A DNA stretch of 59,166 bases, from the NCBI GenBank assembly GCA_003697105.1, contig RFFQ01000138.1:1-59166 (forward strand), in the 5' to 3' direction. Source of the DNA: Gemmatimonadota bacterium (GTDB lineage Bacteria; 4572-55; J002). Positions 8,830 through 18,362 of the stretch are shown here, piece by piece (the first letter of the stretch is position 1; each line of letters begins with the position of its first letter). The notes beneath the pieces were generated by a model. That model searched no databases. It had not been told where the DNA came from and worked only from the letters and a program-made list of their open reading frames with translations. A program made the position numbers and the translations under genes.

Positions 8830-10071
8830 TTGTTGGGGGTCTATACCCGTGATTTTTACCGCGCCTTTTCCGCCGGGGGTTGGATGTCTGGTCTTGCCCA
8901 AAACCCAGAATTAGCAACGATCTTTTTGCTGGCTCAACCCCAACGCCGTGAAGAGACCTATCAACAGCTTGTTCAATACGTACAAGTGGGATTAAATTGG
9001 CAGCGTTTTTTACGGCAGGTCGAGGTGTTACGGTATGCCGCATGGTGTGGTCATCAATTTGCAGGATATGGTCTGGAGAAAGCAATACCAGCAGACGTTT
9101 TGGCATATATTCGTGACCAATATGTCTGGAATGCCTACCGGGGCAAGGTGCTTCTGAATGCCGCAAACGCGGTGACGGACACGTTGAAATCCGCCGGGTT
9201 AGATGTTCTCTGGTTAAAAGGAATTGCCGCGGCTTCGTTATGTTACGGGGATATACGCCTCCGGCCCATGATGGATGTTGATCTCCTCATCCGGGAGGAC
9301 CAGATACATCTGGCACACGATCTGTTAATAAATGCCGGATGGGGGTATGCGGGAGCACCGCGCGACGTTTGGCACTATCGATCTTATCAGATACATACGT
9401 ATAATCATGCTTATCAACGGGTTGTGCCGGTGGATTCTGGAATGGAGCGGGTTTGGGTGGAACTCCACTGGCGTCCGGCAAGCCAACGGCTTGTCCCCCA
9501 ACTGCCTCCAGACGCATTTTGGGACGCAGTCGGTGTGGCTAAGGATACCCAGCACATGGAAACCCTTTCTCCCGAAAATTTTTTGATACATCTATGTATT
9601 CACCAAGCAAAATCAAATTTTCGCGCGCACTTGAGCCGTTTAGACCTCGCACTGCTGGTGGATCAATATGTCATGGATTGGGATCAAGTTGCCCGCAAAG
9701 CAGAAAAATGGGGATTACAACGGATGGTCACCGCCGCATTAACAGATGTGCAAGTGGTATTCGGAAGTAAGATTCCGCCGATCGACCAATCAGCGAGGCT
9801 ATCGCTTGGGGTGAGATACCTCCAGCAACAAGGACGGAAAGCCACTTACACGTTGTTAGATCGATTTGACATTACCCCCTACCAATTGCTCTTTTTGGAG
9901 AGATGGTCAGACCGATTTCGGTTTTTGGGGTCCGTGTTGTTTTACCCCAATTCACATGACCTAAAGCGATGGGCATTATCCCCCTCAACTCAAATATTAT
10001 ATATGATCATAAAACCGGTTCGTTTATGTGTTACGCTTTTCGTGAGGATTTTTAGCTTTGTATTTCGGTAA
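8830..10071 (+). CDS. Nucleotidyltransferase family protein (NTP_transf_5-like)
   Basis: 'WLKG', 'RPMMDVDLLI' (DxD), 'VELHW', 'HLCIH'. Start uncertain (TTG 8830 or ATG 8884). Confidence 0.85.
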   Translation: MLGVYTRDFYRAFSAGGWMSGLAQNPELATIFLLAQPQRREETYQQLVQYVQVGLNWQRFLRQVEVLRYAAWCGHQFAGYGLEKAIPADVLAYIRDQYVWNAYRGKVLLNAANAVTDTLKSAGLDVLWLKGIAAASLCYGDIRLRPMMDVDLLIREDQIHLAHDLLINAGWGYAGAPRDVWHYRSYQIHTYNHAYQRVVPVDSGMERVWVELHWRPASQRLVPQLPPDAFWDAVGVAKDTQHMETLSPENFLIHLCIHQAKSNFRAHLSRLDLALLVDQYVMDWDQVARKAEKWGLQRMVTAALTDVQVVFGSKIPPIDQSARLSLGVRYLQQQGRKATYTLLDRFDITPYQLLFLERWSDRFRFLGSVLFYPNSHDLKRWALSPSTQILYMIIKPVRLCVTLFVRIFSFVFR

Positions 10072-12520
10072 TGGTAAGAATTATCCAGTAGAAGTCACAA
10101 CATCGTCATATCTTGAGGCGGATTTTGATGTCCGCAAATATGTACGGATGTTGTGGCGACGGCGGTACATCGTATTGCTGTTATTTGTGCTTATTTTTGG
10201 GTTTAGTACTTATCGTGCACTAACCCAAAAAGTAACACCGGTGTATCGATCGACGGTTTATCTCGAAGTGGATGAAAAAGAGACGAATATCCGTCTTTTG
10301 CCGCAGTTCAGTTCGGTGCGGCAACAGTCCATTTATTGGGGGAGTCCGGAAGGAAAAATTATTGCGGAGGTGTTGAGTACTTCTGTCATTGAAGAAGTCG
10401 TTCAAATGCTGGATTTGGATAAAGCCGTGCATTCCATCTCGCCCAATTTATCCTTTTCGATGACGAATATTCAGAGCCACAATGCCCCGTTGGGGACCTA
10501 TCGCGTCCATATTTTAGATAATCAGCATTATGTGGTTTACGATACCGCCAATCGCGAACTGGGGCGAGGCATCAGCGGGGTACCCTTTCAGCATGAATTT
10601 TTTGAGTTTACCATTTCCAACATTGAGGGACCGCCCCAAAGTGAATTTTATTTTACGTTGTACCCGCTTCAGCGAGCGGTCAATTCGGTGAGAGCCGCCA
10701 CCCATGCCCAAGCAACAACACGGGCGGCAATTCAGGATAATGTTGCTGGCGGAGGAATCGCCGGAGCCGCCAGTGCCAAGCGCTCCCGTAAAGATGCGGC
10801 GATTCAGGATGCGGGCATTGTTCAAGTGGATGTGTATTGGCAAGACCCCGAAACGGCTACCCAAATCGCCAATGCTCTGGCAGACGTGATCCGGCATCGC
10901 GAACTCGAAGATAAACGGTTAGAACATACCAAAACTCGGGAATATATCGAACGTCAGTTGAACACTTATACCCAAAAATTGAAGGCGTCAGAAGAAGCAC
11001 TCCAGACCTATAAAGAGCAAAATCGAATCTATGAATTGGATGCAATTGCTCGGGATGTCACCTATAAAGTGTTTGATATTGAAGCTGAAATCAGCCAAAT
11101 TCAAGCCGAACGAGAACGAATTAAGCTCTTTCGGGAAAAAGTTACCAGTGGCTTACAACCGGAAGATTATTTGTTGATTAGTGCGATCCCATTTCAAGAT
11201 GAGGAAGGTTACGGATATTGGGATGTACTCAGCCAATTGACCTCGCAATTGATGGAGCTTGAAATCCAACTTCCGCTAAAGTTAGAGGAAATGACCGAAA
11301 ACCATCCCGACATTATCGCCTTAAAAAATCAGATCCAACAAGTTCGGTTGCGATTGCAACAGCAAGTTGATGCGCGGCTTACGATGCTGGATTCCCGCGA
11401 AGAAAGCCTCCGGCTACAACTGTTGCCGTACCAACAGCAACTGGAAACCTTTCCGTTGAAAGAGGTTGAACTCGCCCGGTTGGAACGCGAATTTCGACTC
11501 AATGAGGAGATTTATTCCCTCCTCACCCGCCAGCATGAACAAACCCGGCTGGCAGAAGCCGCGATTGTTAATGATATTCAGGTGTTAGATTATGCCAGTA
11601 TCCCAACCGCCCCGATTGGTGGGGGACCCAATCGCCAAAAAGCCATTTTACTGGGGGCACTATTGGGGATCGGTGTGGGGTTAGGGGTCGCATTTCTCCT
11701 GGAATTTCTGGATAATACCATCCGTGAAACGGATGAGATTGAACGCCACATCCAATTACCGGTTTACGGTATGATCCCCCAAATAGAATCTATCAAAAAT
11801 GGCCGGCGGACTCATAAAGCAAAAGCAAGATTTGAAACACTGGTTACGCATCTAGCACCAAAATCGATACCGTCTGAAGCGTTCCGATCACTTCGAACGA
11901 ATATTCAATTTTTTGATCTGTCACGCCAGTCCGAAGCAATTTTGATCACCAGTGCCGTTTCAGAAGAGGGAAAATCCACAACGTGTGCTAATTTAGCAAT
12001 TACTACCGCTCAAGTGGGCCGGAAAACGCTTTTAATTGATGGAGACCTGCGTAAACCGGTTATTCATCACCTCTTTGAGGCACCCAGTGAACCCGGTCTG
12101 ACCGATGTCTTATTGGGCCGATACACATGGCAGGAGGTCATTCATTCTACCTCCGTGCCGGGCTTAGATATTATATGTTCCGGGACCCAGCCACCAAACC
12201 CTTCCGAATTGCTGAGTTCACCAGAATTGAAATCCCTGATTACCACCCTTAAAGAGCACTATGATATGATCTTATTCGATTCACCACCGGTAATACCGGT
12301 TGCGGATAGTGTTGCGTTGAGTACCAATGTGGATGGGGTATTATTAGTGGTATCCGCGGGTAAAACAGACCGTCATGCGCTCCAGCGCACACGTGATTTA
12401 TTGCACAATGTAAATGCCCGGATTATGGGAGCTGTGTTGAATAATGTTCGCATCAACGAGATATATGGTTATCAAAAACATTACTATTACTACGACACGA
12501 AAAAACCGGTGAAGGTATAA
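10058..12520 (+). CDS. wzc: Wzc-like polysaccharide co-polymerase / BY-kinase (tyrosine autokinase)
   Basis: Two TM segments around a periplasmic coiled coil; 'EAFRSLRTN', Walker A 'EEGKSTT', A' 'IDGDLRKP', B 'LFDSPP'; C-terminal Tyr cluster 'YGYQKHYYYYD'. Confidence 0.93.
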   Translation: MYFGNGKNYPVEVTTSSYLEADFDVRKYVRMLWRRRYIVLLLFVLIFGFSTYRALTQKVTPVYRSTVYLEVDEKETNIRLLPQFSSVRQQSIYWGSPEGKIIAEVLSTSVIEEVVQMLDLDKAVHSISPNLSFSMTNIQSHNAPLGTYRVHILDNQHYVVYDTANRELGRGISGVPFQHEFFEFTISNIEGPPQSEFYFTLYPLQRAVNSVRAATHAQATTRAAIQDNVAGGGIAGAASAKRSRKDAAIQDAGIVQVDVYWQDPETATQIANALADVIRHRELEDKRLEHTKTREYIERQLNTYTQKLKASEEALQTYKEQNRIYELDAIARDVTYKVFDIEAEISQIQAERERIKLFREKVTSGLQPEDYLLISAIPFQDEEGYGYWDVLSQLTSQLMELEIQLPLKLEEMTENHPDIIALKNQIQQVRLRLQQQVDARLTMLDSREESLRLQLLPYQQQLETFPLKEVELARLEREFRLNEEIYSLLTRQHEQTRLAEAAIVNDIQVLDYASIPTAPIGGGPNRQKAILLGALLGIGVGLGVAFLLEFLDNTIRETDEIERHIQLPVYGMIPQIESIKNGRRTHKAKARFETLVTHLAPKSIPSEAFRSLRTNIQFFDLSRQSEAILITSAVSEEGKSTTCANLAITTAQVGRKTLLIDGDLRKPVIHHLFEAPSEPGLTDVLLGRYTWQEVIHSTSVPGLDIICSGTQPPNPSELLSSPELKSLITTLKEHYDMILFDSPPVIPVADSVALSTNVDGVLLVVSAGKTDRHALQRTRDLLHNVNARIMGAVLNNVRINEIYGYQKHYYYYDTKKPVKV

Positions 12521-12598
12521 TCAATCCCCCCCCTTCGGACTTGCGGCTTCGGGGGGCTTCGTGCCACCGGCGCAACGTGTCAATAATCCCCTCGTATA

Positions 12599-12641
12599 AA
12601 TAAAACCCTTAGGAGAATTGAATACACCTAAGGGTTTTATT
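12599..12641. terminator. Bidirectional intrinsic terminator candidate between wzc and the convergent gene
   Basis: Perfect 15-bp inverted repeat AATAAAACCCTTAGG / CCTAAGGGTTTTATT with A/T-rich outer ends. Confidence 0.7.
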
Positions 12642-12665
12642 ATCAGGGGACTAAGGCATACAAAA

Positions 12666-13952
12666 CTACTTCTGAATAATCTTTTCCTGCCTTAATTCTA
12701 CTTTAATTTTACCGTTATCAACTTCAATGAGGGCGTCATCCGGGTTTTGCCCCGCATCGCGGAGGCGTTGTTCGATGAGGGTTTTGATTTCCGCATCGGT
12801 TTTTCCTTTCAATTCCGCGGGGTCTATCAGCTCTTGGGTGATGTGTAGCTCCGGCTCAGGGGTATCTTCTGCCCCTGCCCCCACAAAGACCCGAACTTCT
12901 TCAGTGTGGACGGTTTGACCCTCATTACCGGTAGAGGAACTAATGGTTTCAATCTGCACATGATCCCCTTTGCGGACGACAATTTGGGGTTCTCCTGCTT
13001 GACCTTCTTCCGTACCGGTCCACTCCCCACCGTTTTGTAACGATTGGGCTTTGAGCCGCTCTGCCACAATCGCCTGAACTTCCGCTTCGGATTTACCTTC
13101 CAAGTCCCCATCATGGAGCATGAGTGAAAATGAATACGCATTTTGCCCATGTTTGGGGTTAGACTCCCCATCCGTGATTGACATCACAATGGTTTGTTGA
13201 CCTTCACGCTCAGGCTGAGGAGGAATCGAAAGCCGCATTCGTCGCTCACCGTTTTCTTCCTCATATTCAACGTGAGCTTCATGAATACCAGCCGCTTCTA
13301 ATTGGCGTTGCATCTCTGCCACCACATCGCTACTGCTCATATGTTGTGTGTTGATTTCGATACGGAATACCGATTTCAGGGCGGCGGCATACATCGGGCG
13401 CGTAACCGTTTCTTGTAAAGGGAGCATTTTTACCTCACTAACTTGGGATAACGATTCTAAATCCTGCCGCCACAATTCCGCTTGTTGGGCGGATACCCCC
13501 ACGGCATTCATCAAATACATTGTGGAGTGCTGACCGTTATTGATATTGTGTGAGACCGACAAATTGGATTCATCCATCCAGTCAAAGTGTGTTACCAGCC
13601 GGTTTGCCGCTTCTGGGGTGTCGTTTACCGTCCATGAAAGGACGTAGCCAACAATATCTTCCTGTTCAACCGGCATGGTGCACGCCACCAAGATCATCAG
13701 CATCAGAACTGCCAAACTGGCAAACCGCAACCGGTGGGATTTAATGTAGGTTATCATAGGGAATGTCCTCCGTTTAAGAGATGATTCGTTCATTCGGGAC
13801 TGATAGGCACTGACCTGACGTAACCAGGCATCCGTTTGGTCAAAGGACGCACGGTGGTCATCATTTTTCAAGGCAGACCAGTACGAACTCCATTTGGAAT
13901 CAGTCCAGTCGCCCGTCGATGTTGACTTTCGCCACCAATTGAAGCGTCTCAT
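12666..13952 (-). CDS. Membrane-anchored/lipoprotein partner (putative anti-sigma factor) of the upstream ECF sigma
   Basis: Overlaps the sigma factor stop; ATG 13952 has AGGAGA; second in-frame ATG 13757 has GGAGG; hydrophobic segment ends in lipobox-like LVAC. Confidence 0.6.
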   Translation of the reverse strand: MRRFNWWRKSTSTGDWTDSKWSSYWSALKNDDHRASFDQTDAWLRQVSAYQSRMNESSLKRRTFPMITYIKSHRLRFASLAVLMLMILVACTMPVEQEDIVGYVLSWTVNDTPEAANRLVTHFDWMDESNLSVSHNINNGQHSTMYLMNAVGVSAQQAELWRQDLESLSQVSEVKMLPLQETVTRPMYAAALKSVFRIEINTQHMSSSDVVAEMQRQLEAAGIHEAHVEYEEENGERRMRLSIPPQPEREGQQTIVMSITDGESNPKHGQNAYSFSLMLHDGDLEGKSEAEVQAIVAERLKAQSLQNGGEWTGTEEGQAGEPQIVVRKGDHVQIETISSSTGNEGQTVHTEEVRVFVGAGAEDTPEPELHITQELIDPAELKGKTDAEIKTLIEQRLRDAGQNPDDALIEVDNGKIKVELRQEKIIQK

Positions 13953-14523
13953 GTTCAATGTCTCCTATCAGGGGTTTAAACGTTGTGGTATGCAACCGTT
14001 GGGACTCTTGAGCCGTCATCCGGCGCCGCATTTTTCGCCGGGCACGGCTCAACCGTGATTTAATGGTGGAGGCGCTCTTTTCCTGCTGAATATGCTGAAT
14101 TTCCTCGATAGAAAATCCGGCGATCTCAAACAGCAAAATTGCCGCACGCTCTTTGTCAGACAAGCTACTGAGGGCTTGCCGCAACATCAGTTTTGTTTCA
14201 TCGGATTCCGCCCGATCATACACTGGGGGCATCTTCGGTAGATTCTCATCATCTGTTGCCGGAAATTCCAGCGGTAAAAATCGCTTCCAGAAGTGACGTC
14301 GTACTACCGAATGAAACTCGTTGGTGATTATCTGAAAGAGCCACGGTTTAAATCGGGTTGGGTCTCGTAAGGTATTAAACTTTTCGTACGCCTTGAGTAG
14401 GGCTTGCTGGAGCACATCTTCTGCTTCTTCCGCCGAAAAACGGGCGCACAAGGAACGGCAATAAGTTAATGCCTCGGAGTAATGTGGCTTTAACGCCTCA
14501 CTAAAGTGATCCACAAGGGACAT
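13900..14523 (-). CDS. ECF sigma-70 family RNA polymerase sigma factor
   Basis: Region 2 'AEDVLQQALLKAY...FKPWLFQI', region 4 'GFSIEEI...STIKSRLSRARR'. Confidence 0.9.
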   Translation of the reverse strand: MSLVDHFSEALKPHYSEALTYCRSLCARFSAEEAEDVLQQALLKAYEKFNTLRDPTRFKPWLFQIITNEFHSVVRRHFWKRFLPLEFPATDDENLPKMPPVYDRAESDETKLMLRQALSSLSDKERAAILLFEIAGFSIEEIQHIQQEKSASTIKSRLSRARRKMRRRMTAQESQRLHTTTFKPLIGDIEHETLQLVAKVNIDGRLD

Positions 14524-14579
14524 GGTTCAAATCCGGATTTGAGTTAAGAGAATCAACGGTTGCTTCTGAACTCACTCTT

Positions 14580-14608
14580 TAGACGAAGAACAGCCTTGAA
14601 AAGTCGCA
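14580..14608 (-). promoter_or_regulatory. Putative ECF-type (autoregulatory) promoter
   Basis: Minus strand TGCGAC-N17-CGTCTA upstream of the ECF gene. Confidence 0.45.
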
Positions 14609-14646
14609 AAAAAATTAACGTGGTTTTTTTGAGGAGGAAAGTTAGG

Positions 14647-17006
14647 TCATCGCGGTTCACAACGCGCTTCTAAATGTGCCATAAAATCGGTAATGGCATG
14701 TTGCGTTTGCTGGTAGCATTCCTGTAAACGCGGTAAAAGAGCTTTTATCTCCGTGATACCGTCCATGTGTTCCGTTTGTTCGCATAAAATGGCTAGACAC
14801 TTCACCCCCAAATTGGAACTGGAGCCTTTTAAGGAATGCAACATCCGGCGGGCGGTTTTGAGATCACCTTCGGCTAGGCTTTTTTCAGTTTTAACTAGAT
14901 ACTCTTCGGCTTCGGGCAAATACATTTGGAGCAGTTCGATCAAAAAATCAGGACTACCATTACCCATGGAAAGGATGTCATCTAGGATATGATAATCTAA
15001 CAGGTCGCGTGGGGGGTGGGGTTTGGCGGTAGCATGGGTGTGGCTCTCAGTGACGTGGTGTCCCCAGCGTTCTAAAACTTGCACCAGTTCCATCAGTTGA
15101 ATAGGCTTACTAAGATAATCATCCATTCCGGCGGCTAAACAGCGCTCCCGGTCTCCCTGCATGGCATTCGCCGTCATGGCAATAATGTGAGGTCGGTTTT
15201 CTGGGGGATATTGTTCAAGGATGCGTTTCGTTGTTTCCAGACCATCCATTTCGGGCATCTGCATATCCATAAAAATAAGGTCATAGGGTTGGCGCTGCAG
15301 TGCCTCTAAAACCTCGATGCCGTTGCCGGCAACATCTGCCCGATAACCCATTTTTTCCAACATTCGCTGTACCAATCGCTGGTTGACGGCATTATCTTCC
15401 GCCAATAGAATATGCATAGGTAGGCGTTTCGCCAACGTTTTGTCAAATCGGGTCTCGACCACCTTTTGCGGTTGGGGGCGGAAAATGCGGGTATCCGCAA
15501 AGACAGCAATAATGGTATCAAATAGTGTGATAATTTCACCGGTTTCGTGATTGCCGCCTGAAATAGCTCACGCATACCACTAGTAAGTGTCGTCGAACTG
15601 AGGAGGATCAGCGGAAGGCGATGTCGAGGGAACGTCTCCCGGATGTGGTGGGCAAGCTCTAACCCGTCCATTCCCGGCATGTGTAAATCAAGAATTGCGA
15701 GGTCAAATACCGCATCCTGAAGGGCTTGAATCGCCTTTTCACCGGATGCCACCGCATGGGGACGCATCTTCCACCGTTCAAATTGGCGTGTTAAAATCCG
15801 GCAATTGGTGGGGTTATCATCCACGATCAGAATGCGTTTACCCGCCAATTCGGGGGCATCATCCACCGGAAACCGGGAAGCTTTGACCTCGGCGGATTGT
15901 GTGGGAAGGGTAAAATAGAAGGTTGATCCACTACCCAGACGGCTCTCCACCCAGATGGTGCCCCCCATCAGTTGAACCAAACGGGAACAAATGGCCAGCC
16001 CCAAACCAGTGCCGCCAAATTTACGGGTGATGGAGGAATCCACTTGCGAAAAGGACTGAAACAACCGGTCAAGCCGGTCTTCTGGAATACCGATTCCAGT
16101 ATCTCGCACGGCAAATTGAAGCACGACACCCGTTTCGGTACGGGAAGCAACCGTGACTGAAACAAACACTTCCCCTTTTTCTGTGAATTTAATCGCATTC
16201 CCCACCAAATTGACCAACACTTGCCGTAGCCGGGTAATGTCACCTGTAATACCGGTCGGAACATCCGAATCGATCAGATACAGCAGATCAAGCCGTTTTT
16301 CTAAGGCTTTGGTAGAGAGGAGATCGAATGTCTCTTCAATGCACTGGTGCAGATCGAAGGGCACATGCTCCAATTCCATTTTGCCGGATTCGATCTTGGA
16401 AAAATCAAGAATATCGTTGATGATCGCCAGCAAGGTTTCACCACTCACCCGGATAGCCTCCACATATTCTTGCTGTTCCGCCGTGAGGGGAGTCCCCCGT
16501 AACAGACTGGTCATGCCGATCACCCCGTTCATGGGGGTGCGGATTTCATGACTCATTGTGGCTAAAAAGCTGGATTTCGCTTTGGTGGCGGCTTCCGCGG
16601 CGGCTTTTGCTTCCCGCAAAGAGGCTTCGATCTGCTGGCGTTCCCGAAGTTCCTGCTCTAAATTTTCGTTCAGTTGCTGGAGCGTACGTGTCCGCTCTTC
16701 TACAAGGTTTTCAAGGTGACGATGTTGTTGCCGTAGTTCTTCCTCCGCTTGCCGGCGATGATAGATATTGTACAGTAGGGCCAGAATCATCAACATAAAG
16801 ACCAAAAACACGCCAATAACATCCCACATCAAATCTTCATAGCGATGAAAGATAAACGTCAGTAGATCGATCAGCCGTTCAACCGGAATTTCGGATATTT
16901 GAGAAGAGTTCCCTCCTGTTTGTGCCTTGCTTGTTGATACTATAGCCAGTAGAATCCAACTAACCCATAACCGCCCAACCTCCCCCATGAAGCGTTGGTT
17001 ATGCAT
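14647..17006 (-). pseudogene. Hybrid sensor histidine kinase (HisKA-HATPase-REC-REC-Hpt) split by a 1-bp frameshift near 15525
   Basis: 'SHEIRTPMNG', 'NLVGNAIKFT', 'DTGIGI', 'GGTGLGL' and first REC in 15306..17006; second REC and Hpt ('HSLKGSS') in 14647..15462. Adding one base at TCACA^CTATTT joins them as ...[16 protein letters not shown]...VETRFDK. Confidence 0.8.
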
Positions 17007-17163
17007 GATATTGACTCCATTATGAAAGAACGGATAATGTCACTTCCCCGGCATTGGGAAAAATGCTTGCCTCTACTATCTTGGTATAGTATCATCCCTA
17101 TGAAACCATGTCAATACCAGAGATTTTGCCAAACATTACAACTTAATTGGATCGGAGAACACG

Positions 17164-18288
17164 ATGTGGAAAATCGATCACCCCACCGGGAAAAGACGTG
17201 TCATTGTGACCAAAGAATTGCCCGGTGAACGTTGGCGCGAAATCCTCCGCGCGGCGGATTGCCGGATCGAGGTCTGCCAATCGCGCAATATTCTCTCTGA
17301 AATGGAAATCCGGCAGCACATTGGAAATCGCTGTGATGGGGCAATTGGGCAACTGACGGAGTTGTGGGGGGAAGTGCTCTTTTCTGCCCTCAAAAACGCG
17401 GGTGGCGTTGTATATAGCAATTACGCCGTTGGCTATAACAACGTGGACGTCGCATCTGCTACAAAATATGGTATTGCGGTAGGCAACACCCCCGGTGTGC
17501 TAACCGAAACCACGGCGGAAATGGCAGTCGCCTTGACCTTTGCCGCAGCCCGGCGAGTCGTGGAAGCGGACTCGTACGTACGCTCGGGGCAATTTACCGG
17601 CTGGCAACCTGACCTATTTTTAGGGAAGCGATTGTACCGGAAAACGGTGGGGGTGATCGGTGCAGGCAGAATCGGCTCGGCATACGCCAAAATGATGGTG
17701 GAAGGGTTCAAAATGAATTTGATTTACCACAATCCAGCGCCCAACGCAGCACTCGAAGCTTATCTAAAACACTACACGGATTTTCGTCACGCTCAAGGTG
17801 ATGATTACCCGACCTTTCGTTATGCCGGTAGCATTGATGAGGTACTCGCACAAGCAGATGTGATTAGCTTACATTGCCCGCTTAATGATGCCACACACCA
17901 CCTTCTCAATGCGGAACGGTTGGCACAAATGAAGCCAAATGCGATCCTGATCAATACCAGCCGGGGTGCCGTGATTGATGAACGTGCCTTGGTGAACCAT
18001 TGCCGGTGCCACCCGGATTTTCGGGTGGGGTTAGACGTGTTTGAAGATGAACCCCGATTGACCCCCGGTCTCGCCGAGTTACCCAATGTGACCATAGTTC
18101 CGCACATTGCCTCTGCTTCCCGCTGGGCTCGGGAAGGGATGGCAACGTTAGCCGCTACCAATGTCGCGGCAATTTTGCGGGGGTTTCCGGTCTGGAATCA
18201 AGAAGATATGTCTCCGTTTGAGGGAGACAACCCGCCTCATGCCGCCCCCAGTATTGTAAATGCTGTAGAATTAGGGCTTTTATCTTGA
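17164..18288 (+). CDS. D-glycerate dehydrogenase / hydroxypyruvate reductase (D-2-hydroxyacid dehydrogenase)
   Basis: 'AVGYNNVD', 'GNTPGVLTETTAE', 'GAGRIG', 'NTSRG', 'LDVFEDEP', 'PHIAS'. Confidence 0.9.
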   Translation: MWKIDHPTGKRRVIVTKELPGERWREILRAADCRIEVCQSRNILSEMEIRQHIGNRCDGAIGQLTELWGEVLFSALKNAGGVVYSNYAVGYNNVDVASATKYGIAVGNTPGVLTETTAEMAVALTFAAARRVVEADSYVRSGQFTGWQPDLFLGKRLYRKTVGVIGAGRIGSAYAKMMVEGFKMNLIYHNPAPNAALEAYLKHYTDFRHAQGDDYPTFRYAGSIDEVLAQADVISLHCPLNDATHHLLNAERLAQMKPNAILINTSRGAVIDERALVNHCRCHPDFRVGLDVFEDEPRLTPGLAELPNVTIVPHIASASRWAREGMATLAATNVAAILRGFPVWNQEDMSPFEGDNPPHAAPSIVNAVELGLLS

Positions 18289-18313
18289 CAATTGGCTACC
18301 GGACATATACCCT
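18285..18313 (+). promoter_or_regulatory. Putative sigma70 promoter for the peptidase-GT2-lptA-lptB run
   Basis: TTGACA-N17-TACCCT. Confidence 0.45.
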
Positions 18314-18362
18314 CAGAAACACGATCAACAATATTTGTCTTCTTTTGCAAGGATGTTGACCC

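Noticed and set aside
8396-9166. 256-aa antisense ORF
   Set aside because: Overlaps the kinase and NTase genes, which have clear motifs; no recognisable features of its own.
7382-10071. Lasso peptide cluster (YxxP leader, kinase, nucleotidyltransferase)
   Set aside because: No asparagine-synthetase-like cyclase or transglutaminase-like leader peptidase in the window, and the 63-aa Cys-rich core is not lasso-like.
15515-15535. Programmed ribosomal frameshift in the hybrid kinase
   Set aside because: No slippery heptamer or homopolymer run at the break.
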